DNA of 64,000 nucleotides from Candidatus Hydrogenedens sp. (GTDB lineage Bacteria; Hydrogenedentota; Hydrogenedentia; Hydrogenedentales; Hydrogenedentaceae): NCBI GenBank assembly GCA_049968235.1, contig JBMFRC010000003.1, positions 160,001 to 224,000 of the forward strand, read 5' to 3'. Shown piece by piece: positions 28,201 to 39,500 of this stretch (position 1 is its first letter; each line of letters starts with the position of its first letter). The notes under the pieces were generated by a model. It saw only the letters and a program-made list of their open reading frames with translations, ran no database searches and was not told where the DNA came from. The position numbers and the translations under genes were made by a program.

Positions 28201-30646
28201 AATATACCCACTTCTGTGATACTTTCAATTGCAATATTGTCAGTAGCAGGATGATTATAAACAATATCCATGCTAAAGCAGATGCATAGCCCATGCGTAA
28301 ATACTGAAAACCATTGTTGAAAAGGTAATAAGCATAAAATAGAGTTGAGTCTACTGGTCCTCCCTGTGTCATGATGAATGCCTGAGTAAATATCTGGAAT
28401 GTCGCAATAAACCCCATAATCAAGTTAAAAAGTATGTATGGACTTAACATAGGCAAAGTTATATAGAAAAATTTCCGAAATACTCCCGCACCATCTATTT
28501 CCGCTGCTTCATACAATTCCACGGGAATTGCCTTTAAACCTGCTAACCAGATTATCATACTGCCACCCGCAGACCATACACTCATAATAATTAATGCAGG
28601 CTTTGACCAGTTGGGGTCTTGAAGCCAATTGGGTCCTGTTGTCCCTAATTGCATCAAAATAGCATTCATCATACCTTCTTGTGGGTTAAATATCCAAAGC
28701 CAAAGAATCGAAGCAGCCACTCCCGGCATGATTGCAGGTAAGTAAAATAATGTCCGATAGGTTGCCATGCCTCTCCATTCCCGTTGGAGTAAAAGAGCAA
28801 TACCCAGACTAATAATCATCCCTAAGGGAACACTGGTGGTCATATATATCGTATTCCATAAGGATTTGTAAAATAAGGGATCTTTTATCATAAAACGATA
28901 GTTTTCAAATCCTACCCATTTCGGAGGTGAAAGCACATCATAATTACAGAAGCTCATTATTAGAGAAAAAAGCAAGGGCCCACCGCCAAAAAGCAAAAAG
29001 CCTAAAAACCATGGACTTGCAAAGAAATAGCCCGCATAATACTCTTTCCTGAAATAACCTCTTGCCTGTGATTTTCGGAACAAAATATAAGTAATTATTA
29101 TGAGAATAACAATTATTATAATAATATATAAGATTACCACAGGAGTCCAGGAAAGGGTTGGATGTTCGAGGGGATAGTTTATCTTATCTAACTCTCGTTG
29201 GATAATAAGGGTGCTTCGGTCTAAAGCCTGCTTTGCATTTTTTAGATAGTCATTATCATATTTTTTATATATACCCTCCCACATAGCCCGCACATGTTCG
29301 TTCCAGAGGAGTTGACCGACGGGGGTAACCGGACGATACCTTGCTTCGGGCATCATGGAAATGAAGGTTTTCATGGCATTTTTGAATGTATTTTCGACAG
29401 TAGAGTCAGAATATAGATAATATTCCATAATCCATTCTGTCAGGTCGCGTCTTGCACTCATTCGAGGTATGAATATTGTACCACTTCCACGAACTTTCTC
29501 TGCTTCTGCATCGTTTCGTATGCGAATGGCTCGTTTTGACATGAGATACTTAATAAACAGCCATGCTTCCTCTGGATGACGGGCACTTGAAGGTATTACA
29601 TACGAAAAACCACCCGTCCAGCCGACGCGTTTTTTACCTTCCGGTGCGGGTGCAGGCACGACACCGAAACGCATAGAACGACGGGCATTGGCAATGGGTA
29701 TCATTGCAAAATCGCCATCAATTTTCATAGCAACCTTTCCGGCAACAAAGGGGTCAAGGTCACCAACCAGCATAGAAGACTGAAAAGCCATAACCTTCTC
29801 TGCACCGCCCATAGCGTCATATATTTCGGACATAAAAGCGAGTGCTTCTATTATCTCCGGACTATTTAAAGTGCAGGTTTTACCATCAGTAGACATGAAT
29901 TCACCACCATTCAGCCAGCCGTAAATATACAGCCACGAATTTCCATAATTTGGGATAAAACCAATCTGCTTAATATCTCCCCGGCTATCTTTTTCTGTCA
30001 TGATAACCGCTGCTTTTTTTAATTGTTCCCATGTTCGTGGTGGTCCTACTTTATTGGGGTCGTTCGGGTCAACACAACCGATGGTCTTTAATTGTTCGGC
30101 ATATTTTTCAAGAAGGTCCAGATTATAATACAAACCACGATTATCCGTATCGCAAGGGATTGCATAGAGTTTCCCCTGATACTGACTTTCTTGCCAGCAT
30201 GGAGGGAAGAAATATTCCTCTTTCAGAGTTAGTGGGTCATCAGGGTTTTCTTTTAAGTCCCTTTCGTAAAAATCTTGTAAGCACCGGAACGCACCTCTTG
30301 ATGCCCATTGGGCTACTGCAAAACGGTCAAAGAAAACGACATCCGGGGGGTCACCTCCTGCCACGGCACATAATAAACGTTGGGGGTCATCTGTTTTGTT
30401 GAGGGAGGCACTTTGCCCCATAACCACTTTAATTTTCGGTTTTCCGTTTGTCCCATTATAAAGATGCTCAAAATCGCGTACTGTTTCACCAGCGAAGAGA
30501 TCTAATTCATTTCCCCAGTAATAAATACGGATAAAATCTTCACACCTTCCAATTGTGGAACACGTCCCAATAAATATTATGGCAAAAAATAAAAGCACCC
30601 CTTTTTTATAAATATGATTACTTTTATATTGTTTTCCTGCATTCAT
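28181..30646 (-). CDS. Fusion protein: family-1 extracellular solute-binding protein (N-terminal ~500 aa) fused to a MalF-type ABC permease (C-terminal ~300 aa)
   Basis: SBP_bac_1-like motifs ('LYYNLDLLEKYAEQ', 'TWEQLKKAAVIMTEKD', 'SARHPEEAWLFIKYLMS'). C-terminal 6-TM permease with EAA motif 'YEAAEIDGAGVFRKFFYITLP'. Overlaps the downstream permease by 20 bp. Confidence 0.8.
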   Translation of the reverse strand: MNAGKQYKSNHIYKKGVLLFFAIIFIGTCSTIGRCEDFIRIYYWGNELDLFAGETVRDFEHLYNGTNGKPKIKVVMGQSASLNKTDDPQRLLCAVAGGDPPDVVFFDRFAVAQWASRGAFRCLQDFYERDLKENPDDPLTLKEEYFFPPCWQESQYQGKLYAIPCDTDNRGLYYNLDLLEKYAEQLKTIGCVDPNDPNKVGPPRTWEQLKKAAVIMTEKDSRGDIKQIGFIPNYGNSWLYIYGWLNGGEFMSTDGKTCTLNSPEIIEALAFMSEIYDAMGGAEKVMAFQSSMLVGDLDPFVAGKVAMKIDGDFAMIPIANARRSMRFGVVPAPAPEGKKRVGWTGGFSYVIPSSARHPEEAWLFIKYLMSKRAIRIRNDAEAEKVRGSGTIFIPRMSARRDLTEWIMEYYLYSDSTVENTFKNAMKTFISMMPEARYRPVTPVGQLLWNEHVRAMWEGIYKKYDNDYLKNAKQALDRSTLIIQRELDKINYPLEHPTLSWTPVVILYIIIIIVILIIITYILFRKSQARGYFRKEYYAGYFFASPWFLGFLLFGGGPLLFSLIMSFCNYDVLSPPKWVGFENYRFMIKDPLFYKSLWNTIYMTTSVPLGMIISLGIALLLQREWRGMATYRTLFYLPAIMPGVAASILWLWIFNPQEGMMNAILMQLGTTGPNWLQDPNWSKPALIIMSVWSAGGSMIIWLAGLKAIPVELYEAAEIDGAGVFRKFFYITLPMLSPYILFNLIMGFIATFQIFTQAFIMTQGGPVDSTLFYAYYLFNNGFQYLRMGYASALAWILFIIILLLTILQLKVSQKWVYYEREQY

Positions 30647-30836
30647 TTCTTTATAGTAAGGGAAAAAAAGTTAAATTTTCAAGTGATACTTTTCAATTGC
30701 AAAAGTCTTATTAGTAGTTATTGTGTGTTCAGATAGATTAATAAAATAATATTCTTCCCCCTACACCTTTTTACAAGTATCACTACATTCAACTTTATCA
30801 GTTAATATGTCTCGTTTTTATGGACATTGGGAATAG

Positions 30837-31808
30837 TTAGTTCTGTTGTGAAGCCATAACATTCAATATCAAACCTGAAATGGAAGCGATACGTGGGACC
30901 ATAGGTGGCTCCGATGGATAACGCATGAATTGCACGTGACCATCCATGAATAACACATTGGAACCACCCGGCACATGACTGAATTCCTGAACGAATGTTG
31001 TGAAATTGTCTAACATAATAAATATAGAACTTTGTGCTTTTGCCCCTGCAGAAGGGTTGTTTATGTCTGTTATTAAAAACCTTTCGATTCCCTCGCGGAG
31101 GCGATATATGGTGCTTCCACCCGCATTTCCATAACCTGGACTTACTATTCCATCATCATCCGGTTTTGCGGAAGCATATGTTTGATTACCGAAAATAAAC
31201 CATTGTGTTAGTTTTTCAACCCAATGTTCAAAAATCTGTCGAGGTGCTTTGGTACCGAGGGGAATGTTTATTCCTAATGCTCCTGAAAGAAAGGATAAAT
31301 CGGGGTCCGTTGGGTCTTCATCAAATTTGTCATATACCCAGCCAAAGTATGTATAACTATGCGCCGCCTGACAGAAGGGCCAATAAACAATAATCCATGA
31401 AGCATCGGGATACTTGTTCATAAGATACTCCCCCGTAGGGTCATCGAAGATACATTCACCATGCAAGAAAATTTTGTTATCAGGGTCTGAGGGACATACT
31501 AATATCCTTGCATCATTCATATACTCCGGGTAAATGGACATTATATCCGGTGACAGAGCAAATTGAGCACGTATGTTCGTCCCAGGATAATCTCGCATTT
31601 GTATTCTTGGAAATTTTCCACCCGGTGCTTCATTGGCATACATTTTAAATACCAGCCCCATCTGTTTCAGATTGTTCTGACAGGAAGAGCGACGTGCCGA
31701 TTCTCTGGCACGGGCTAAGGCTGGCAATAAAATAGCGGATAAAATACCGATAATAGCAACGACAACCAACAGTTCAATTAATGTAAAGCCCTTTTTCTTC
31801 ATACCCAA
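30837..31808 (-). CDS. DUF1559 'H-X9-DG' prepilin-type protein, a paralog of 6045..7001 in inverted orientation
   Basis: '[58 protein letters not shown]' and C-terminal '[16 protein letters not shown]'. About 80-85% identical to the first copy. Confidence 0.85.
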   Translation of the reverse strand: MGMKKKGFTLIELLVVVAIIGILSAILLPALARARESARRSSCQNNLKQMGLVFKMYANEAPGGKFPRIQMRDYPGTNIRAQFALSPDIMSIYPEYMNDARILVCPSDPDNKIFLHGECIFDDPTGEYLMNKYPDASWIIVYWPFCQAAHSYTYFGWVYDKFDEDPTDPDLSFLSGALGINIPLGTKAPRQIFEHWVEKLTQWFIFGNQTYASAKPDDDGIVSPGYGNAGGSTIYRLREGIERFLITDINNPSAGAKAQSSIFIMLDNFTTFVQEFSHVPGGSNVLFMDGHVQFMRYPSEPPMVPRIASISGLILNVMASQQN

Positions 31809-32062
31809 TACCTCTTTTTTCCCTATAGTATTATTTCTTTATTTCTTTCAAACAACTTTATTATGTTTATGTTATTGTTACATTATAAATTGGATTATAT
31901 TATTTATCAATAGCTTTATTAATATGGGTTTATATTATTTTTCTGAAAATAAATATACTTCTGCACCTTCCCTTGTTCGGAATATTCCTGTTCTCGCAAT
32001 ATTACAAATGTAGATGCGAAATATTTTTTGCCCCGGATGTAACCCAGGCATTCCTGTCTGTG

Positions 32063-32110
32063 TTCTCTGTGGTTGATTATATTTTTTTTACCACTGAGGA
32101 TACGGAGGTA
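32063..32110. repeat. Copy A of a ~50-bp interspersed element (TTCTCTGTGGTTGATTATRTTTTTTT..CCAC..GAGGAYACGGAGG)
   Basis: Roughly 45 of 50 positions match 61712-61762. Confidence 0.5.
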
Positions 32111-32270
32111 TTTGTTCTATGATTTAAATTTTTCTTTCCTTTATATTTGAAAACAATAAGCACGGAGTAAGAGAACTGCGGTACAGAAGAGCATGAAAGA
32201 AGACCTTCCTTGTTTAGCCTTTTTTAATCCAGCAAATTACATTTTCTCGAGACCTGACAAAATTTTAATG

Positions 32271-33137
32271 TTATTTTGTTGCTAATTTTGTAGAAATGAA
32301 TCCTATTTCGCCTTCGTTTACACCCATATGTTTCGCTACTACAGGGCATTTGGCTTTTAGAAGTAGATAAACATTACCGGGATAATCGTCTAAGGTCTCA
32401 TAATTCCCCTGACCTTTACCTAATATAATATCTGCATTGTCCATTTTGTTTCGCAGAGGTTGTTCCAATTGTCTCCATGGAGCCCCAATCCAACCTTTTT
32501 CCATACTTATAACATCGCATACATCATTTAGTTTCACTTTATAGACATCTTCCATACATGCATCATTGATAATAGGAGAGCCTTTTGCAACAGCAATTAC
32601 TTTTGTATGTTTTTGTAATTCTTCGATTAGAATTTTATCGAAAACAATTTCACCTGCATTGTCCAGGAAGAAGAGCAACTCTTTACAGTGTTGCAGGTCC
32701 TTTACAAACTGCTCAAAGTGATTTACCGCAAAACTTATCGTGATTGCATGTTTAATTGCTGAATGGACATCTATTTCATCTGATTTCAAAATTCCCAAAT
32801 CAATAATGTTCCCTGCTGCGGAAAGTTGAAGTGCTGTTAGTAAAGGGTATTGACTTTGAGTTCGGATTTGTCGCAATTCATTTTCAATGCTGAGTGCCAA
32901 ATCATTTTGCATCTTTTTTTGTTCCGCATAAGGGTCGGGATTTCTGGATAGTTGATTGGTTATTTGATAAATAATGAGGGAAAGTTCTGCGGGGGAATGT
33001 GATAAATCCATTTTTCCCAATTCTTCACCCACTTTTACTAAAATTTGTCTACGAATTTCTATATCATTGGTGGCTAATACCGCAGAACGATAGGCTTGTC
33101 TCATGAAACATTCTAAACACTCAACAGTAGATTTCAT
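32271..33137 (-). CDS. DUF89 (ARMT1-like metal-dependent phosphatase) family protein
   Basis: 'DNAGEIVFD' motif, N-terminal 'CLECF' Cys pair, ~290 aa. Confidence 0.55.
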   Translation of the reverse strand: MKSTVECLECFMRQAYRSAVLATNDIEIRRQILVKVGEELGKMDLSHSPAELSLIIYQITNQLSRNPDPYAEQKKMQNDLALSIENELRQIRTQSQYPLLTALQLSAAGNIIDLGILKSDEIDVHSAIKHAITISFAVNHFEQFVKDLQHCKELLFFLDNAGEIVFDKILIEELQKHTKVIAVAKGSPIINDACMEDVYKVKLNDVCDVISMEKGWIGAPWRQLEQPLRNKMDNADIILGKGQGNYETLDDYPGNVYLLLKAKCPVVAKHMGVNEGEIGFISTKLATK

Positions 33138-33578
33138 TGGTTGCTCCTTATATCCTTTGAAAAACTGTAGTAATCCTTATATATATCACAATATACTTGT
33201 TCATAGAAATGAAAGCATTAAAAATGGGAAGGTAGGAAGTCTTCGATGGTGGTCCATGAATCCAAGTATGATTCGCTTCCTTCCTTCTTAAAACCTATAT
33301 GCAATAGGGATTATATCATAATTTTATAATTATTGTATAGTAAAATAGGTACATATTTCTGAATGTCCTTTTGTTTTATGTCCCTAAAGATACCTGCATG
33401 TAATTTAAGAATAGTAAGAAATTGGCGTTGTTATAAATGAATTAGTGAACTATTTTTTATGTGGTGGTATTTTAAAAAAGACGGGATTTTTGTTCCTGTT
33501 GTATTTGGATTGGGATATTATTTATCGGTATAGTTAAAATATAGTAAGATATTGTAAATCATTAGATTAGGATAGAAA

Positions 33579-36401
33579 GTGTCAAGTATCTCAGGAGACA
33601 TACCTTCGTATATTGGTGCGTATCGCATAGATGAGCGAATCGCTGAAGGTGGTTTTGGTGTTGTGTATCGTGGTTTTGACCCGCGTTTGAAGCGGGAAGT
33701 TGCTATTAAGGTGCTTCATCCTCAGCATTCCTCTGAACCGGGGCGTGTATCTCGCTTCCTTCGTGAAGCACAAAGTGCGGCGCGACTGAACTATCCGGGT
33801 ATTGTCCAGATTTATGATATTGTTGAGGAAAATCAGCGATTGGCATTGGTGATGGAGTATGTTCATGGAAAAAATTTAGACCGATTTATTCGGGATAATC
33901 CGAGCCTATCCCTTGTCGAACGAATTGATATTGGAGTGCAGATAGCAGAAGCGTTATATTTAGCCCATCAGGCAGAGATTGTTCATCGGGATGTGAAGCC
34001 AGCGAATATACTTGTAGATGAGAATGGAGTTGTTAAGCTAACGGATTTCAATCTTGCTCGACTGAGAGATACATCATTAACCCCGCTAACAGGTGAACAT
34101 AATGTGTTGGGGACACCTGCGTATATGTCCCCGGAACAATGTTTGGGAAAGGAAGCATCTCCACAATCGGATATCTATTCTTTAGGTGTTGTCTTGTATT
34201 TTCTATTTACAGGAACATTACCTTTTGAGGCGGAAAATTATCTCGCCTTAATGAGGCAACATACCGATACTCCACCGACACCTGTCCGATTAATTAATCC
34301 TGACCTGCCTGTATCTCTTGAAAAACTTATTTCGCAATGTCTTTTAAAAAATCCGGAAGGAAGACCTGCTTCAGCCAAAGAAGTAGCAGAGCGTCTTCGC
34401 GAAATCAAAAATGAGTTGATAAAAAAAGAATCCGGTGAAATGCCTATTCTGGAACAAAAGACAATGATATTGTCGGACACACCGACACCTATAACACCGG
34501 AATATACCCTTCAAACCAAAGAGACAGCACAGGGATACCCTATAACGCCTACGGACAGTCAAAAAATACAATATCAATCACCCAGTCCAATACCATCACC
34601 ATCAACTCCCCAGGATTTTAGAACCCCCACAGGAACAATTCCGTCCCCGCTCTCTTCAGGAGCACATATTCCGTATGAAGTTAGTGGTGGAACTGTAAAC
34701 ACTACTCCTATGGGAATGCCGATGCAATTATCTCCTTCTGCCTCCACAAGCACGCCTATTCCCACCAATCCGACGAACATAGGAACTCCTTATACACCTA
34801 TACCGACCCCTTTCCCATATGAAATAGCACCAATTCCTTCGCAACATTCAAATTTTAAAATAAATTTCTTTATCCTGATACTTCTTCTCATTTCGCTAAT
34901 TTCTCTATGTTTAAGTGGATTCATCGTATATACCTATTACCATAATGGAGCCCTTCCGGGAAAAGGAACTACTTTAACATCAGAAACACATCAAGTTGTG
35001 CCCAAAACGGAGCCTGTGGACTATTCGAGGGTATTGTCGAATTTTATAAAAGAATATGATAATAATTACAAGTTTGAAGTAATTGAAGAAAAACAGGGCA
35101 ATGGCTATAAAGCATATATTCTTGATTTTACCTCGCAGAGTTGGCATCCCGAAAAGACAGCCCCCCCTGTATGGAGGCATTGGCTAACTGTAATTGTGCC
35201 CCAACAACGGGTAAAAGATGTCGGGATGCTTATCCTCACAAATGGTTTTTCGACATTAGAAACGCCTATGAGTGAAATCCCCCCCTATTTCATTTCGCTT
35301 GCAGTATCCTCAAAGTCTGTGGTATCCGTTCTGGAAGGTTTTCCACGGGATAATGTAGGAATTTACAAAACTCCAACACAAATCGTTCATTTAGAACCTG
35401 CTGAATTTGCCAGTTGGAGTTTCAAGCAATATTTTGAAACACACGAGACCAGTTGGATTGTTTTTTGTCCATTGGTCAAATCAATTGTTCGAGCCATGGA
35501 CGCTGTTCAGGAGTTATTGTTGAAAAATTTGCGTTCAGAAATACCCTTAAAAGAGTTTGTTCTATGTTCCGAAACACCTTTCTTCGTATCATGGTTGGTT
35601 CCACCGGTAGACAATCGTGTAATTGGGCTGGTTTCCATAAATACGACAGGTTTTCATCTGGAACAACAAATCAAACGTATGTTCATGGATGAAGTAGAAC
35701 TTCCGAAATTCTTTGCGGAGATAGATGATGCCGGGTTATTTCCCTTATTAGAAACGGAAGACGGAGAAAATTTATTAAAGATAATAGACCCGTATTATTA
35801 TCGAGAAGTATTAAAGATTCCGAAACTCATCATTTCTATGAACAATAATCAATGGCAGGATATGATTTTTCTTTCGGAGCAGGTTCTCTCCGAAATACCG
35901 GAACCTGTTAACTGGTTGGTTTGCCCGCAATTGCAATTATCACGCGAATATGCTTTCTTACCTCAGCAAACATTTTATAACTTCACAACATCATCCAATA
36001 CCAATCTCCGTGTATATGATTTTAAGGATACAATACAGGTATTTTATCAGCGGTTATTAGGACAAAAAAATATGCCTATTTTCCAATGGGATTTTTCCGC
36101 GAAGGGAGATTGTTATATTCGAGTGAGTGAAGAAATTATAGAGTGCCGTTTATGGTATTGTAGTAGCGATAGAAGAGGAACTCTACTTCAGTCCCAGAAC
36201 AAAAACTGGAAATATAAAATACTTTCTGAATCCGCAGAAGGGATTTATCGGTTCACAATACCTATCCAGCCCCAGCAATATACTGCGGTATTTGCAGAAG
36301 TCATTTTTCCCAGTTTAATGGGTATTCATTTCCCACTAACTACCGATATTCATATTATCCCACCTCAAAAAACGGAGGAAACTAACAGTATAAATCCATA
36401 A
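33579..36401 (+). CDS. Eukaryotic-like Ser/Thr protein kinase, then a Pro/Thr/Ser-rich linker, a TM helix and a ~490-aa extracytoplasmic domain of unknown function (GTG start)
   Basis: Kinase motifs 'AEGGFGVVYRG', 'VAIKVL', 'HRDVKPANILVD', 'DFNLAR' and 'GTPAYMSPEQ'. TM helix 'FFILILLLISLISLCLSGFIVY'. Confidence 0.85.
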   Translation: MSSISGDIPSYIGAYRIDERIAEGGFGVVYRGFDPRLKREVAIKVLHPQHSSEPGRVSRFLREAQSAARLNYPGIVQIYDIVEENQRLALVMEYVHGKNLDRFIRDNPSLSLVERIDIGVQIAEALYLAHQAEIVHRDVKPANILVDENGVVKLTDFNLARLRDTSLTPLTGEHNVLGTPAYMSPEQCLGKEASPQSDIYSLGVVLYFLFTGTLPFEAENYLALMRQHTDTPPTPVRLINPDLPVSLEKLISQCLLKNPEGRPASAKEVAERLREIKNELIKKESGEMPILEQKTMILSDTPTPITPEYTLQTKETAQGYPITPTDSQKIQYQSPSPIPSPSTPQDFRTPTGTIPSPLSSGAHIPYEVSGGTVNTTPMGMPMQLSPSASTSTPIPTNPTNIGTPYTPIPTPFPYEIAPIPSQHSNFKINFFILILLLISLISLCLSGFIVYTYYHNGALPGKGTTLTSETHQVVPKTEPVDYSRVLSNFIKEYDNNYKFEVIEEKQGNGYKAYILDFTSQSWHPEKTAPPVWRHWLTVIVPQQRVKDVGMLILTNGFSTLETPMSEIPPYFISLAVSSKSVVSVLEGFPRDNVGIYKTPTQIVHLEPAEFASWSFKQYFETHETSWIVFCPLVKSIVRAMDAVQELLLKNLRSEIPLKEFVLCSETPFFVSWLVPPVDNRVIGLVSINTTGFHLEQQIKRMFMDEVELPKFFAEIDDAGLFPLLETEDGENLLKIIDPYYYREVLKIPKLIISMNNNQWQDMIFLSEQVLSEIPEPVNWLVCPQLQLSREYAFLPQQTFYNFTTSSNTNLRVYDFKDTIQVFYQRLLGQKNMPIFQWDFSAKGDCYIRVSEEIIECRLWYCSSDRRGTLLQSQNKNWKYKILSESAEGIYRFTIPIQPQQYTAVFAEVIFPSLMGIHFPLTTDIHIIPPQKTEETNSINP

Positions 36402-36552
36402 CAAACAACAATCATCGGGTCTATCTCTTCTTACTTTTCTTTTACTCATAATTTGTATGTCCATATTCACAATAATGATAGCATTAACCTCTGTGTGAAA
36501 AGGATTCGTGTCCGTATTACCGATAATGAAATAAGAAAGAGGCTGGTTTATA

Positions 36553-39500
36553 TCAAGTATATTTAGCTTCGGGATGGAAAGAAATAACCGCAGCAGTAGT
36601 GCAAGTAGGATGAAATTGTCCGGATTCCAGTAAAGAAACACCGATGGGATCCCCTCCACCGAGTATATTCAGGATTGTTTCATTCATCATTATATTGGTC
36701 ATACCGGGATAGCCTGGCGACCAGCGTCTCCCATGTTCATGGGGTATATGGAGTAAGTCCTGTAGATGTCGATGGATATATTCCGCAGTATCTTCCGCAA
36801 TACGGTCTCCTAAACCTTGAAGAAATAAGGAGGATTCGCTGTTTCCCTGTTCTTTGAAATATGCAAGTCCCTGTTCTATCGATGGTCCTGCGGTGCAAAC
36901 CTGAATACCGATTACATCCCATTCATTATCACGAATAGAGCGGAAGTATTGAGAGCCCGAAACGAGGTCTTTTTCTCCGGCCCCAATGACCGTTGTAAAT
37001 TCAATCTTTCCTAATATTTCATCTAAATTCTCTGGATCATAAACAAGCACCCAATTATCATCGGATTTTGCGGGGAGTAGTCCATATATCGCCTGAGGTT
37101 CTATCCATTTTTTTTGTTCAGTAAGCGATGTCCATTTATTAAAGAGTAGTTCCAATTCTTCAATTATATGTCCCGCCTTCTCCTGACTGGTTTTCCCTCC
37201 AAATTTCCAGTTCAGTGAGAATAATGTCTGTTTATCTATATATTGCACGAATTTAGATAGAGGTATACGGAAAATACGGTGGCGGAATCGTGGAGATTTT
37301 GGGTATTGAGGGAAAGGAGTTGAAATGATACGACGGGGTAAGTTTAACAATTTCTGCTCTTCTTCTTGAAGACGCTTCGTTGCTTGAAGGTATCGCTGTT
37401 TTAAGGCTTCTCTATTTTGCTGGTATAGTTTATCGCGTGTTTCTGATGAAGTGGTTATCTGATTCATAATATTAACGCCGTCCATTGCTGTTCGGCAATA
37501 GAACACATCCGCCCGTATTTTACCTATATTGTCCTGACCCATCATTGCCACAAAGGCAGTATGCCGTGGCGTTACCGCAGCACCTCCTGTAAGGATAGGA
37601 ATATCCAGTCCTTGTTCTTTGCACATGCGTGCAACGGTTATCATATGATTTGCCGTTTGTACTAAAAGTGCAGACATACCAATGGCAGTGGCATTATGTT
37701 TTTTTGCCTGGTCAATAAATTCCTGTAAGGGCACCATAACTCCCAAATCAATGACTCTGTATCCGTAATTTTCAAGCAGTGTTTTGGTCAGGTCTTTACC
37801 TATGGAATGCACATCTTGATAGACCGTTCCTAAGACAATGGTTCCGCGGACGGTATCTTCCGATTGTTCTCGTTTTTCTCGTTTTGCTTTATAACGCAGG
37901 TAGCCCTCAATAAAGCCCATGGCTTGCTTCATGACATCTGCAGAACGGAGAAGATGGGGCAAGGACACTTCGCCTTTACCGAACAAATCGCCCAATTCTT
38001 GCATGGCGGACATCAAGTAGTCGCTGACAAAGTTTAGTGGCTCATGTTTTTCCAATGCTTTTGCGACTTGTGGGACAATTAAGTCCTGATATTCATATAT
38101 AAATCCTTGAAATTCAACTTGTCCTTTTGCATGTTGTTTTAAACCATCTTTTATCTTTTCGCAGATAGCCATCTCCAGAGGTAGTTCATCGTAGTTACTT
38201 TTTTTGACCGTCTCTTTTTGTTTTAGCGATAATGAGCGTTCCTCTAATATTGCGAAAGATTCCATATCTCGCTCAAAAATAATTTTTTTTGCGAGCCGGT
38301 AATCCTCTGGGTCAAGGTTTTCAACAAACACATAATGTTGTGGATTTAATATTGCGGAGTGGAGACCGCGTTTTCGTGCTTCATCTAAGAAAACCGATGT
38401 AAGTACCTTTCGCATGTGAGGCTTTTGGGCTAAGCCATTGGTTAGGTTTCCGACACCTATAATTGTGAAAGCATCCGGTAGTTCTTTTCGTACTTGTTCT
38501 ATTCCCTGTAAGGTTTCCAGAGCATAGTTTTGTGTTTCATTGGGCTCTGCTCCGATAGGAAAGACATTCACGTCAATAAACAAGCGGTGTGTCGGGACAC
38601 CGTAGTCTCTTGCTTTTTCAACAATTTGTTTTGCAAGTGTAATTTTTCGTTCTACTGTATCCGCAGGACCTTTGGAATCTGTGCAAAGAGCCACATAAAA
38701 ACAACCGAAATCCTTTGTAGGTGGTAAAAGGATGTCTAATTTGGTTTTTCCTGCTTCCACTTCTTCCAGAGATATGGAATTCAAAATAGGCACACCGGCG
38801 TAATGATGAACCGCTTCTATTAAAGCATCCGGCTGAAAAGAATCAATACACATTGCCCCTTTAATATCTGCACTAATCTGGTGGACCACTCGGGATAGGG
38901 TTTTAACAGTGTTTACATGGTTGGAATCCATGCAAACATCAATAATCTCGCATCCTAAATCGTTAATTTGTTCTCGTGCTACTTCTTCGAGAGCATCCAT
39001 ATCTATTCCATTATCTATTTCGACTGCTTCTCGGACTTTTTTAGAACCACGAACATTCAAACGTTCCCCTATACGAATAAGGGAGCGTTCTGCATCGAGA
39101 GGTACTGCATTTTGCACACCTGCAATGAAAATTGTATCAGAAGGTTTTCGGGGAGCAGGTTTTTTGTCTCTTAATCGTTCTACCAATTCTGCAATATGCT
39201 CCGGTCTTGTACCACAGCAACCGCCAACGATATTTAGTCCATACTCTAATGCGAGAGAACTTAAAATCTCCGCAAAAGGTTTCGGCTCAAACCGAAACAC
39301 TGTTTTCCCTCCTTCCGATTGGGGTAACCCCGCATTCGGTATCGTGCTTAAAGGGACATGTGCATAACGGGACATTTTCTCCACAGCGGTTTGCATCAGG
39401 TCAGGACCTATGGAACAATTAATACCAAAAACATCAACACCTAATGCTTCCATACTAACGATAGCGGAATGGATGTCTGTGTTAAAGATTTGCATACGGG

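Noticed and set aside
34238-34780. Several minus-strand ORFs (80, 68, 68 aa) inside the Ser/Thr kinase gene
   Set aside because: They lie wholly within a high-confidence coding region on the opposite strand, in its Pro/Thr-rich linker. They are antisense artefacts of compositional bias.
36336-36659. 107-aa minus-strand ORF spanning the kinase 3' end and the metH 3' end
   Set aside because: It overlaps the ends of two confident convergent genes and is a shadow ORF.
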